Shown here: piece by piece, positions 11,798-23,152 of the stretch | Position numbering within the stretch: the first letter of the stretch is position 1 | How the letters are laid out: every line of letters begins with the position of its first letter | Assembly: GCA_002269645.1 (NCBI GenBank) | Contig: NIVC01002813.1 | Span: 1 to 64,000 of the forward strand | Direction: 5' to 3' | From: Macrostomum lignano | Taxonomy: Eukaryota | Length of the DNA: 64,000 nt | The notes under the pieces: generated by a model | What the model was told of the DNA's origin: nothing | The model's input: the letters and a program-made list of their open reading frames with translations, nothing else | Database searches by the model: none | Made by a program: the position numbers and the translations under genes

Positions 11798-12876
11798 TGG
11801 CAAACTCCTTAAAAAACCCGTGAGCTCAGACAGGCAACAAACTCACAACGCTTCGCAAGAGTTTCAGGCAATCACCAGACGAACTCCAAGCATAGCGTGC
11901 AAACACCCGACCAGTTGAGTCCGTTAAATAATTGAATGCAGACTTGAGTTCTCTCTTGTGTGTCTACTCAGATTCACGCAGTTTAGCTGAGCACACCTGC
12001 CATAAAAAGCTATTGAATAATGAATGCATTGGCACGAACGCATCTGCGGTTGCCAAACCCAAGTTTCACCCCTACCCTATGGCTGACCATTGATTTTCTT
12101 TAGAAATAGTTTCAACAAGGAACTTCTCTGCCTGCAGACGAAATCCGCTTTCTTCAATAGACTGAATGCCCCATAGCAGTTGCAATAGAAGCCAACCCCA
12201 GTGGACGGCCGCAGAGTGCTGAGGGCTCCAGTTATGAAAGTGAAAGTTTTGAGCAAACAGTCTTGGGGCCTGGGGGTGTGGGCCGGCGGCACGAGGCGGG
12301 ACCTGTGGCACCGGCCCTTTCCCAAAATTTTCTTCTTCTGCCCTTACCCATCTCAGCTTCTGCTTGTTCAAAATAGTCATGGACAGCTGTTACTAGACAA
12401 CTGGACTGCAAACTCAACCTGATTCCAAATGAAGTTTTTCATTTTACGAACAGGAGACAGTCAGATAAAAAGTATCGCGTGAAGTTATGCGCTTTAAAAT
12501 TCGCGAATGAGCCGAGACGTTCAAAGAAAAAAACGACGAAATCAAGCGAGCTCTTACCGCTCCAGACTCCGCCTCACTCAGTAGGACTCCCTGGATGGAA
12601 GAGAAACTTAAAAATAGAAATCTTCAGGCACAGCAACACGCAGAGATGCGCGCTCGCGCCTGCGTGGGCGTCACCGGTGCGTGAAGGCGTAGCGCCCTCC
12701 CCCTCTTTCTGCAGGTAAGAGCGGCAAATATTCTACGGCACAACATAGTAAAGTGAGGGGATCAGTGCTGCTTTTGTGGGGCGCTCTGGGCAATGCTTGG
12801 GGCTGGCCAGATGGAGCAGACCTCTGCTCAACTGCTTCGGTTTTCTGATTTATTACAGCTGAAATCTGCGTTGAAA

Positions 12877-12890
12877 ACAGACAGACACTA

Positions 12891-12925
<35 letters not shown>

Positions 12926-12928
12926 AAC

Positions 12929-12973
<45 letters not shown>

Positions 12974-12980
12974 AAGAAAC

Positions 12981-13047
<67 letters not shown>

Positions 13048-13070
13048 CTAAGACACTAAGACAGACACTA

Positions 13071-13157
<87 letters not shown>

Positions 13158-13196
13158 AACACAGACAGACAGACAGACAGACAGACAGAAAGAAAC

Positions 13197-13227
<31 letters not shown>

Positions 13228-13272
13228 CTAAGACAGACACTAAGACAGACAGACAGACAGACAGAAAGAAAC

Positions 13273-13319
<47 letters not shown>

Positions 13320-13338
13320 CTAAGACACTAAGACACTA

Positions 13339-13391
<53 letters not shown>

Positions 13392-13458
13392 CTAAGACAG
13401 ACAGACAGACACTAAAACAGACCGACAGACACTAAAACAGACCGACAGACAGACAGAC

Positions 13459-13497
<39 letters not shown>

Positions 13498-13498
13498 G
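12877..13498. repeat. (AGAC)n microsatellite with ACTA/AAAC interruptions
   Basis: Direct inspection. Confidence 0.95.
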
Positions 13499-14731
13499 GG
13501 CTAGAAGATCGAGCATTCTCCTGGAAAAGCAGAGGTGAAACTTGAACGATTTTCATTGCAACCGAGCGCTTGTTCATGCAATACATTCATGTTGAGCATT
13601 TTGTGCACGGTGAGCAGCGGTGGGCGGGCAGCTCAGCAAACAGTCTTGAGCGATTACGCAACAGTTGGCCAGTCAATCGCAATTTATGGCTCGTTAGCAA
13701 CGCAACTCGAAGACATGCAGCGACACCGAATGCTTGCCACCGAGAGGCCCCAGGGCCTGGGAGCCGAGAATGGGGCGGTGATGCAACACGTGGAAATTGT
13801 CTCAAAAGCACGCACGCCCTACGTCCAGCCCGCCAGGAAAACAGAACAAAACAGACAGACTCAGACAGAGCAGCAAATTAGCATAGGTTTGATGCAATGG
13901 CATCATTAAGGTTAGGGCGGATAAAAGTATTTTTAAAATCGCCATCGTACTACTCATTAGAAAACTGCTAGTAGAAAAAACGCATTTTTTGCCACAAAAT
14001 AAAAGAAAGTGAGAAAATTACTGTAGAAATTTGAGGAATCCGAAAATTGAAGATACGAGTATGTTTAATATATTTAATATAGTAACATACGTATTAGATT
14101 TACAAAACAAGAAATTGCAGTTCAGTGTTCAACAGTCTTGGCAGAGTAAAGTGCACAGATATGTATATTTTAATATATAAAAAATTTGGTGCAGTAGAAC
14201 TACAGGTTGCAATCATCATCTACTATAAATATCAATTCGTCTTCATAACCAATGAATAAAAACTAAAATTTTATATCGCAAAGAATGTCCAACAATATCC
14301 AGCATACTACTCACCAAAGTAGCAACATTAGCGCATGTCTATATGTCAAAATATTCAATTAGACCCTGAAAATTGCTTTGAAAAACATCGCGTAAAGATA
14401 AAAAAGCCACTTAAAATCCAAATGTAATAATATCACATTCCTGGAACAATATATAAGAATTCGATTGCAGACACAAGTTGGCTGCACTTTACATGTGTTT
14501 ATACAGGTACAAGTATGTACAGTAGGTGAAATAAGTAATGTACAAAGGTTTTATAAAAGTACACTAAGACATGTAAATTCATTTCCAACAAGGCGCCACG
14601 CGTAAAAGCGGGAGGCATTTGAAAACTCTAAAAATGATGCGAGTTACATGTCCGCACAAACTACTTGTCAGGGTAGTAGCTAGTAATTGTTAAACAAGCA
14701 ATCACTGGCAAGATTTGGTTGCTAGGGCGGC

Positions 14732-16609
14732 TCAGATGAGCACAGAGCTGCCGTGAACGCCTCCGATAAAAACTCCTGCATCTCCTCCGCCGCCGCCGCC
14801 TCCGACTCCTGGAGACGTGGCGCTTCGATATGACGGATGGCGAGGCAGGCTGGCCCGAGGCGAGGTCACGTGACCAAAGGCTGGCCCGCCAACTGCGGCA
14901 GTGGAAGATGCCGAAGCGGCAGCAGCCGCAACAGCCGCAGCCGCGGCCGCCTCGCTTCTCGTGCTGACAAAGATTGGCTTCTGCTCGGCAGAGGAGCGGC
15001 TGAGGTGCGGCGGCGGCTGCTGCTGGCCGCGGGTGCTCAGCCTGGCGTCGCCGCCGTCAAGCTGGTCGAGGCCTGAAAACGCTGCATCGGGTGAGATGGG
15101 AGCTCGACTGCGGGAACTCGAAACAGCGGCGGCGGCGGGCTGCTGATTGCGCAATGGCCTGTGAATGCTGTGCTGCTGCTGCTGCTGCTGAGGGCTGAAC
15201 AGCCGCTGCTGAGCCGAAGTCCCAGTTGGCTGCTGCTGTTGCTGCTGCTGAGTCGGCGGCGGGGGCGGCTGAGACACCGGCGGCTGGAACAGCGCCGGAG
15301 ACGGAGGCGGCGGAAATTCTTCGTCATCGCCCAGCTGGGCAAACGGCGGCTGCTGCTGCTGCCGGAAGATCGGAGCGGCGCCAGACGCGTAGGGCGTGGC
15401 TGGGCCGCCAGGCACGGACTCGGAGGACAGGCGGAAGGTCCGGTTCACGACTCCGCCGCCGCCGGCTGTCGGATTGAACTGTGGCAGCTTCGGCAGCTGC
15501 TGAACAGGCGGCGGAGGAGGCGGCGGTGGATCATCTAGTTCATCGTCCCTAGCGTAGGCCAGGTTGTCATGGAAACCAATAGCCGACGATGGCCGAGGAA
15601 TCGACGCAGCGGTGAGACTAACGGCGGCGCCAGCGCCAGTTGGCGCCGCTTGAGGAGCCGCCGCTGCCCGCCTGCGACTTTTGCGCTTGCGGCCGCTGCT
15701 GCCGGCGCTGCGGTGCCGCCTTCTCGCCTGCTGCTGCGGCGGCCGGTGCCGCGGGTAATTGGACCCGGCCGTGTAGGGCGGCGGCCGGGCGTCGTCGATG
15801 AACTCGCTGGCCTCTCCCTCGTCGCTGTTGACTCGCAGTGGCGGCGGCTGCTGCTGTTGCGGCGGCGCGCCGGTCACTTGAAGCTCAACCCAGGGCAGGG
15901 GGTCGCGCATGACGCTGCTCCGACGACTGCCGGCCGAGCGGCGGCCCAGCGAATTGTCGGCGTAGCTGGCGGCAGCCGCGGCCGCGGCGGCGTCGGACAG
16001 GCTGGCCTCGGGGTGGTCGCCGGGCCGGCGCATCATCCGGCGGCCTGGCCGGATCTTCACAAAGCTGGAGTTGGCCGACACGGGCAGGTAGGCGGAGGCG
16101 GGGCCGCCGGGCCGTTCGAATTTGCGCAGCTCCTCGCGCAGCTGGCAGGCGAGGCAGCAGAGCAGCAGGATGCTGAGCAGGGCGGCGCCGCCCCCCGCTG
16201 CGCAGTGCAGCAGCTCGGCTGTTCGATAATCCACCAGGCACCACAAAGCGGAACTATCTGTGCCGTTATTCTGGTTGCCTAGCAACGCAACCGGAAGCCG
16301 CAGCTGCAGCCGATAATCTGAGCAGCCAATCAGCAGCTTTCGCCAGTAGCTGGTCTTGCCAGTGCCCCAGTGCAGCACGCTGGCCGCCCGCTCCTGCAGG
16401 CCGTCGACGTCCAGGTAGAAGCAGATCAGGAAGGCGTTCCAGCCGAGCCAGGCCAGCAGCCAGGCGCCAACAGCGTAGCAGAAGCCCGGCCGCAGCTGGC
16501 AGACGGCTGCCACGGCGAACAGGCAGCTGAGGAGAGTGGCGAAGTCGAAGATGCAGCCCGTCCACTGGTAGCCAAGCAGATCCAGCACCAGCCGCTCAAC
16601 ACAGATAGC
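14732..16609 (-). CDS. NKAIN: Na+/K+-ATPase beta-subunit-interacting protein homologue, copy A, exon 2
   Basis: Acceptor TTTTCTTCCACCAG| at 16610. AICVERLVLDLLGYQW...QLRP...WLGWNAFLICFYL matches the NKAIN hallmarks ERQ(I/V)FDFLGYQW and WN.F.ICFYL. A ~450-aa Pro/Gln/Ser-rich tail follows. Confidence 0.9.
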   Translation of the reverse strand, partial: AICVERLVLDLLGYQWTGCIFDFATLLSCLFAVAAVCQLRPGFCYAVGAWLLAWLGWNAFLICFYLDVDGLQERAASVLHWGTGKTSYWRKLLIGCSDYRLQLRLPVALLGNQNNGTDSSALWCLVDYRTAELLHCAAGGGAALLSILLLCCLACQLREELRKFERPGGPASAYLPVSANSSFVKIRPGRRMMRRPGDHPEASLSDAAAAAAAASYADNSLGRRSAGSRRSSVMRDPLPWVELQVTGAPPQQQQPPPLRVNSDEGEASEFIDDARPPPYTAGSNYPRHRPPQQQARRRHRSAGSSGRKRKSRRRAAAAPQAAPTGAGAAVSLTAASIPRPSSAIGFHDNLAYARDDELDDPPPPPPPPVQQLPKLPQFNPTAGGGGVVNRTFRLSSESVPGGPATPYASGAAPIFRQQQQPPFAQLGDDEEFPPPPSPALFQPPVSQPPPPPTQQQQQQQPTGTSAQQRLFSPQQQQQQHSIHRPLRNQQPAAAAVSSSRSRAPISPDAAFSGLDQLDGGDARLSTRGQQQPPPHLSRSSAEQKPIFVSTRSEAAAAAAVAAAAASASSTAAVGGPAFGHVTSPRASLPRHPSYRSATSPGVGGGGGGGDAGVFIGGVHGSSVLI

Positions 16610-17857
16610 CTGGTGGAAGAAAAGTAGATTTTGTCAATGACAGAGTAAATTGTCCAAAACTTTTCTTACTGTTTAATTGTCCTGAAAAATATTATTATAT
16701 TTAAATAGTTAAGCAAAGAATAACTTTATTTTAGTCATGTCATAAAGAATTTTTAATCAGCTTTTCAGATCTTTCTAAATTAGTAAAATATATTTACTGT
16801 CTTTTTGTCAGATGATTTTTTGTCAGGTGATTTTTTGTCAGAAAATATTGATCAAATATTGCTAAAACAAATACTTTCTAGAGAACTATATTTGTATTGT
16901 TTACAATTACTCAAGTAAGAGACTACAGACAATATCCTTAAAGAAATTAGATTTTTTTTGCTTTTTCTATTCTGTTTAGGTCTGGATTTCACCCAACTTT
17001 CATTTTAGTCCTCTAGTTTTGGAGGTAATCTTATATAAAGAGAGCTCTGGTTTTTGAACTATTTTGTCAATTGGGTTATCAAGAATCAAGACCAATATCT
17101 AGACTAAAACCAGAAAATTATAAAAATGCCTTATTATTTTTATATCTATTGAATTATCCAGATTTTTCTCTAATATCTAGTCTACCAAAAATATAGCAAA
17201 TTCAATATGAAAACTAAACAACTATTCTCTTTTTGTCTAGGTTTTAATCTATTCTTTTCTAGTACCATTGCAATACAAACTAGATAAACACTGGGGAAGC
17301 AGTTTTAAAATCAAATATTTAACTTAGCCAAAGCTAGTCTTAACCTAGTTTAGTTACAAAATGAGGAGGGAAAAAAGAGATAATGGCTCTTTTACAAATG
17401 TCAATATATCCATAGTGTATAAAGTAGTTATAACCATTAAAATATATATTATAATATTAGCACAATGAAATAGTATATTTATTCAAATATGCTATTGTTA
17501 CTAGTTTAATAAATAAATAATGTAACACTAATGGCTTGGCTTGCCTTTTCTACAAAAAATTAGAAGGTTGGTTGGGCTTTTTATTACTTCAATTTATTCT
17601 TAGTATCTATTTATAACTTTTAATTAAAATACATTGGCAATATGAATATAGATATAGCCATAGATATTAATATACAATATGCAACACCTAAGTATTATCT
17701 ATCAACTGACTTAAATGTATACATTAAAATTTTAAATTAAACGCAAGTTCCATTTTTTTCCTTAGCATATTTTTAATTAGATTTAACTAAGAAATCTTGT
17801 CTTTGACCCTTAACTAGATAACAAAAATTTTTTTTGATAAGATTATAAAACACTTAC

Positions 17858-17938
17858 CATCAAAATCATTGTCACTGTAACTGAAACCGTCTTTAAACAG
17901 CATGATGCACATGTGGGTGAGTCGCAATAATAAGCCAT
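17858..17938 (-). CDS. NKAIN: NKAIN homologue, copy A, exon 1 (27 codons)
   Basis: MAYYCDSPTCASCCLKTVSVTVTMILM with phase-0 donor ATG|GTAAGT. The Cys-rich N-terminus and intron position parallel vertebrate NKAIN (MGCCSGRCTL...|VCVLER). Confidence 0.85.
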
Positions 17939-19884
17939 GTTTTGAAATAAAATATATAAAGATAATTTTATGTAACTTGTAAGGTAAAATTTTGCTGAAA
18001 CTTTAACTATTGGGACAATATCCTATGAACATGGTACATAGGTAATAGTACCTAGCTGGGGTATATAACTATAAAACTAAGATCTAATCTGATTCCAATT
18101 TCTCGATATACTGTTGGATGTAAAGTGCATCGCGTTCGTGTTCACTGACGTTGCTTGTCAATATACGTCTACGATGAGTTAAGCGATGGTAACCCTTTCT
18201 GCGAAACTAATCGCTTCCTACACTTTTAATTCTGTGCGATCTAATGCAAATAAAATGCCGAGAAAAAACAAATGATGCAAAAATACAACAATCTTTCGAC
18301 GTAATAAAACTTTTACAGCTTTTAATAAAGAAACAATATGTACTTCCTGTAGGTTCTTTATTCAATGCACCAAACAAACATGCTAAAAATTCTGTACAGT
18401 TTAGGAGGCACGAAAATAAAAAAATGTGCTCGCGGAACCCGCGAGCCCGCGCGATTCGATTCTTACAAGTTTATCTAGTTTTTAATGAATACTTGATTGA
18501 TTATGCTTTATGGATGTGTTTGGTATATTGTCGTATGAAATTCAAAAGCGTATAGCGTCAGCGTCTTGCTGATTATTTATATTGTTTTATGTGAAAACTG
18601 ATTATTAACTCGTATATATCATGACAATTATCGCTGTAACAAGTTAATCCTACACTCTACTGTGGCACAGCGAGTTCTATAAATCTCCCATTTCCCCGAC
18701 AGTACCCGAAAACATAAGTGTTCAGTATTCGGTATACATAGATTCTTGTTGGGTTCTGTATTTTTTTATCATTACAATGTCATGCCTTCCCCTTGAAAAA
18801 TTGTGGCTGTCCCTTAACCTTAAGTATAAACGATATTTTGATTTATCGCATTTCTAGTATGAATTATTAGTTATTCTACCAATTCATGGCATAGTTTTAA
18901 ACTATTAGTTAATATATGCTGCATTATTTATGTGTATTTTGTAATCACCAGAGGTTATCAATTTTTAATAATAATAGTTCTAATTTTTATTCAATACTTT
19001 TAAAATACTTTTGCAATAATCTATGGTATATGTGTGGTGAGAATATAAAATAAGAGGGCAATAGGATTAATTTTTCTAAGAAAAGATTATTGTGCCTATC
19101 TTTACTATAGTGTAATAAATATCTGAAAATTTAATTCTTGCTTTTAATAGGGACCTACATTCCATCAATCCTAATCGACCTAACACTTTTTGAAATGCAC
19201 TTATACCCTTGTTATATGCTATTTTAAATGACAGAATAAACAACAAAGAATGGAATAAAGTTATGAATGTATCAGTTGTCATTGATTTTCTTTTTATTAT
19301 TTAGTTCTACTTCTAGTGCCTAGCTAAATAATACTAATTCTAAAGCATTCAATAATAAAAGATTATGATTATGATTGTAAATTAAAAATATCTATGCTCT
19401 ATGGTGGATATATTGCCATTGGTCATTAAACAAAAAGTCAATATAAAATTTTAATTTAGTTTGATTTTCAGTAGATAGTTTTAACATACGCAAAATTTCT
19501 GGTGTATATATTGGTATAAGAAAATTATTTGATCTAAATTCAAAATATTTGAAACTGGTTTATTTGAATTTCAGTGTTTTTAGTTGAAATTGACTTCTCT
19601 ACTAAAATAAATAGTGCTGAAGGCTAGAATTTTTTGCTTGTTTGTCTTTAATTAATCATACAAGTATTAAGTAATTCTTGGTTACATATTTCTTTAAATT
19701 AATTTTTGTATTGTTTTAGTTTTTCTTTATTTATTCTTACAGCAAAGAAACAAAAGTGAAGTTTAGTCATATTTTGCTATAATCATGATGAGTAAGAAGC
19801 CTTCTATTTAATTTTCAGTAAGTTCTGATAGAAAATAAGCAACAAAGCCAAGTCAAGCAGCTTTGAAGACAATAAAAGACTAAA

Positions 19885-20088
19885 ATGTCAAGCTCAAGCA
19901 AATTGCCAGCTCCTCAGCATTTGAGCGATGAGGACAGGACTCTGCGTCACCGCGCTTCCCTGGCTGACCTCGCCTTCGATGCCCAAGGCAGCGACAGGCA
20001 GCAGCAGCTGGTGAGGCGGTCGGCCTCTTCTTACAGGCCCTGTCGTTGTGGTTGTCGTAGTCGTTGTCGTGGACGTTGTCGTCGTTGA
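19885..20088 (+). pseudogene. Truncated duplicate of the 469-aa Ser/Arg/Pro-rich gene (52 native aa plus 15 aa read from the antisense Ig exon)
   Basis: Identical to 29529-29684 up to the junction at 20040/20041, then CRCGCRSRCRGRCRR*. Confidence 0.75.
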
Positions 20089-20637
20089 TGTAGACGTCGA
20101 AGTGGTGGGCTCGGACACGCTGATGGCGTACTGCGAGCGCATCTGCTTGTACTGGCAGGCGAAGCTGCCGTCCAGCCGCCTGCTGGCATTCCGGAACCGG
20201 TACGTCAGCACAACTTCGGACAGGTGGGCAGCGCCGGACGCCGCCGGCCTCCGGTCGATGCTGCAGACGGCATCGGCCAGTTCGGGCACCCGCTGTCGGC
20301 AGGCCTCCAGGCTGCCGGCGCTGGCGCACAGCGGCTTGCTGCAGTCCTCGAAGCAGGCGATTGAGCCGCCGCCACCGCTGCCGCCGTCGGGCAGGCGAGT
20401 CAGCGGGCAGAAGAGGCGCACCGCCAGGCCGTTGATGACGCCGAAGGCTCGGCATTCGAACAGCAGGTCGTCGCCGACGAAAAACCGGCCGGTGCTGCCG
20501 CTGCCCGCCGGAAATCCGGCCTCGACACCCTCTCCGATGGCGGCAAATGCGGCAGCTCTGCGCGGCTCGGTGGCGATGAAGATTTGCAAACTGACGAGGA
20601 TGAAGTTGAGGAGTCTGGACAGCCTCATCTGCACCAT
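19894..20637 (-). CDS. Chimeric TM-less Ig-domain protein (247 aa) created by the duplication junction
   Basis: 199 aa of signal peptide, Ig domain and partial Thr stalk are fused in frame to 48 aa (GPVRRGRPPH...SWQFA*) from the antisense strand of the neighbouring gene. The upstream region is duplicated intact. Expression is unknown. Confidence 0.55.
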   Translation of the reverse strand: MVQMRLSRLLNFILVSLQIFIATEPRRAAAFAAIGEGVEAGFPAGSGSTGRFFVGDDLLFECRAFGVINGLAVRLFCPLTRLPDGGSGGGGSIACFEDCSKPLCASAGSLEACRQRVPELADAVCSIDRRPAASGAAHLSEVVLTYRFRNASRRLDGSFACQYKQMRSQYAISVSEPTTSTSTSTTTTSTTTTTTTTTTGPVRRGRPPHQLLLPVAALGIEGEVSQGSAVTQSPVLIAQMLRSWQFA

Positions 20638-21424
20638 GGCCGCATGTTGGCTGCAACTGCCCGAGCTCGATTCCAAGACAAAACGAAATGCAAAGCGAGA
20701 GAAATGCGAAGTAGAATTTCAAGAGTGCTGGGGTGGGGGTCCGGTCTGCAGACAATTTATTTAAAACACACAACTGCCTCACCCATTCACACACTGACCC
20801 CCTGGGCAGCTGTCTCAGTGCTCAGGCCTTGCCCTGCTCAGGACCAATAGGGGGCCAGTCTGGCAGGGCAGACGGGTCCAAACCCGAGCCCAGTGAGCAG
20901 CTGAATCTCGAACAAGTCCGAATTTGGACAGGCGAAGCTCGCACGGCTCTGCGGCAAATAATTCTGAGATAATGTACAGCTGAGTTGCAGCTGAGCCCGA
21001 ACTTGGGCCTACTCTGCTTTTTTATCTTCTGAACGGCAAAGGCTGAGAGCGGGAGAGTCTCAGCTGAACTGTCGCCCTTCCTAAGAATATTTATTTCATT
21101 CTGTGCAAGGCACTGCTCTGCAGTCAGTCAGAGACCTGCAGCCGCCCCCGCCGCCCTCAACTACCCGCTTCATCTCAGCAGCAGCTCACAGAACTCACCA
21201 TGCAGTTTCTGCGGACCTCAACTGAGCTTCACCTGCACTGTGGCTAGGGAGGGGGGGGGCTGAAGACCGGAAAAGCAATAATTGCACCTCTTCATTAGCT
21301 GTAAGGTTCGTCTAGTGAAAACTTATTCACACCTGTATTGCTTGGCAGCTCAAAGTCTTCTTTTACATCTTTTATTGTGACAATTTTGAGAGTTGTACCA
21401 CTAAAGCAATAAATAGATAAGATA

Positions 21425-21838
21425 CAGGTGATTTTATGGGTGACAACCTCATCATTAACCCGTTGATTCAGGTGATTTTATGGGTGACAACCTCATCATT
21501 AACCCATTGATTCAGGTGATTTTATGGGTGACAACCTCATCATTAACCCGTTTGACTCAGGTGATTTTATGGGTGACAACCTCATCACTAACCCGTTGAC
21601 TCAGGTGATTTTATGGGTGACAACCTCATCATTAACCCGTTGACTCAGGTGATTTTATGGGTGACAACCTCATCATTAACCCGTTTGACTCAGGTGATTT
21701 TATGGGTGACAACCTCATCACTAACCCGTTGACTCAGGTGATTTTATGGGTGACAACCTCATCATTAACCCGTTGACTCAGGTGATTTTATGGGTGACAA
21801 CCTCATCATTAACCGGTTGACTCAGGTGATTTTATGGA
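21425..21838. repeat. 44-bp minisatellite, copy B, 9 units plus a partial unit
   Basis: Same unit as 11121-11797. Confidence 0.95.
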
Positions 21839-22916
21839 TGGCAAACTCCTTAAAAAACCCGTGAGCTCAGACAGGCAACACACTCACAAGGCTTCGCAAG
21901 AGTTTCAGGCAATCACCAGACGAACTCCAAGCATAGCGTGCAAACACCCGACCAGTTGAGTCCGTTAAATAATTGAATGCAGACTTGAGTTCTCTCTTGT
22001 GTGTCTACTCAGATTCACGCAGTTTAGCTGAGCACACCTGCCATAAAAAGCTATTGAATAATGAATGCATTGGCACGAACGCATCTGCGGTTGCCAAACC
22101 CAAGTTTCACCCCTACCCTATGGCTGACCATTGATTTTCTTTAGAAATAGTTTCAACAAGGAACTTCTCTGCCTGCAGACGAAATCCGCTTTCTTCAATA
22201 GACTGAATGCCCCATAGCAGTTGCAATAGAAGCCAACCCCAGTGGACGGCCGCAGAGTGCTGAGGGCTCCAGTTATGAAAGTGAAAGTTTTGAGCAAACA
22301 GTCTTGGGGCCTGGGGGTGTGGGCCGGCGGCACGAGGCGGGACCTGTGGCACCGGCCCTTTCCCAAAATTTTCTTCTTCTGCCCTTACCCATCTTAGCTT
22401 CTGCTTGTTCAAAATAGTCATGGACAGCTGTTACTAGACAACTGGACTGAAACTCAACCTGATTCCAAATGAAGTTTTTCATTTTACGAACAGGAGACAG
22501 TCAGATAAAAAGTATCGCGTGAAGTTATGCGCTTTAAAATTCGCGAATGAGCCGAGACGTTCAAAGAAAAAAACGACGAAATCAAGCGAGCTCTTCCCGC
22601 TCCAGACTCCGCCTCACTCAGTAGGACTCCCTGGATGGAAGAGAAACTTAAAAATAGAAATCTTCAGGCACAGCAACACGCAGAGATGCGCGCTCGCGCC
22701 TGCGTGGGCGTCACCGGTGCGTGAAGGCGTAGCGCCCTCCCCCTCTTTCTGCAGGTAAGAGCGGCAAATATTCTACGGCACAACAGAGTAAAGTGAGGGG
22801 ATCAGTGCTGCTTTTTTGGGGCGCTCTGGGCAATGCTTGGGGCTGGCCAGATGGAGCAGACCTCTGCTCAACTGCTTCGGTTTTCTGATTTATTATAGCT
22901 GAAATCTGCGTTGAAA

Positions 22917-23152
<236 letters not shown>

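Larger units (their letters stand above)
9741..20040. repeat. Tandem segmental duplication, copy A (10,300 bp)
   Basis: 9741 (tgtcgttgtg...) aligns to 20041, and 20040 (...ttacaggccc) aligns to 29684. The copies are colinear, with roughly 0.2-2% substitutions plus VNTR length differences. Confidence 0.95.

Noticed and set aside
12072-12718. Short ORFs conserved in both duplicate copies (12072-12718 / 22113-22758; also 13535-13909, 18244-18555, 19076-19282)
   Set aside because: Their conservation merely reflects the recent duplication; they have no domains or splice context.
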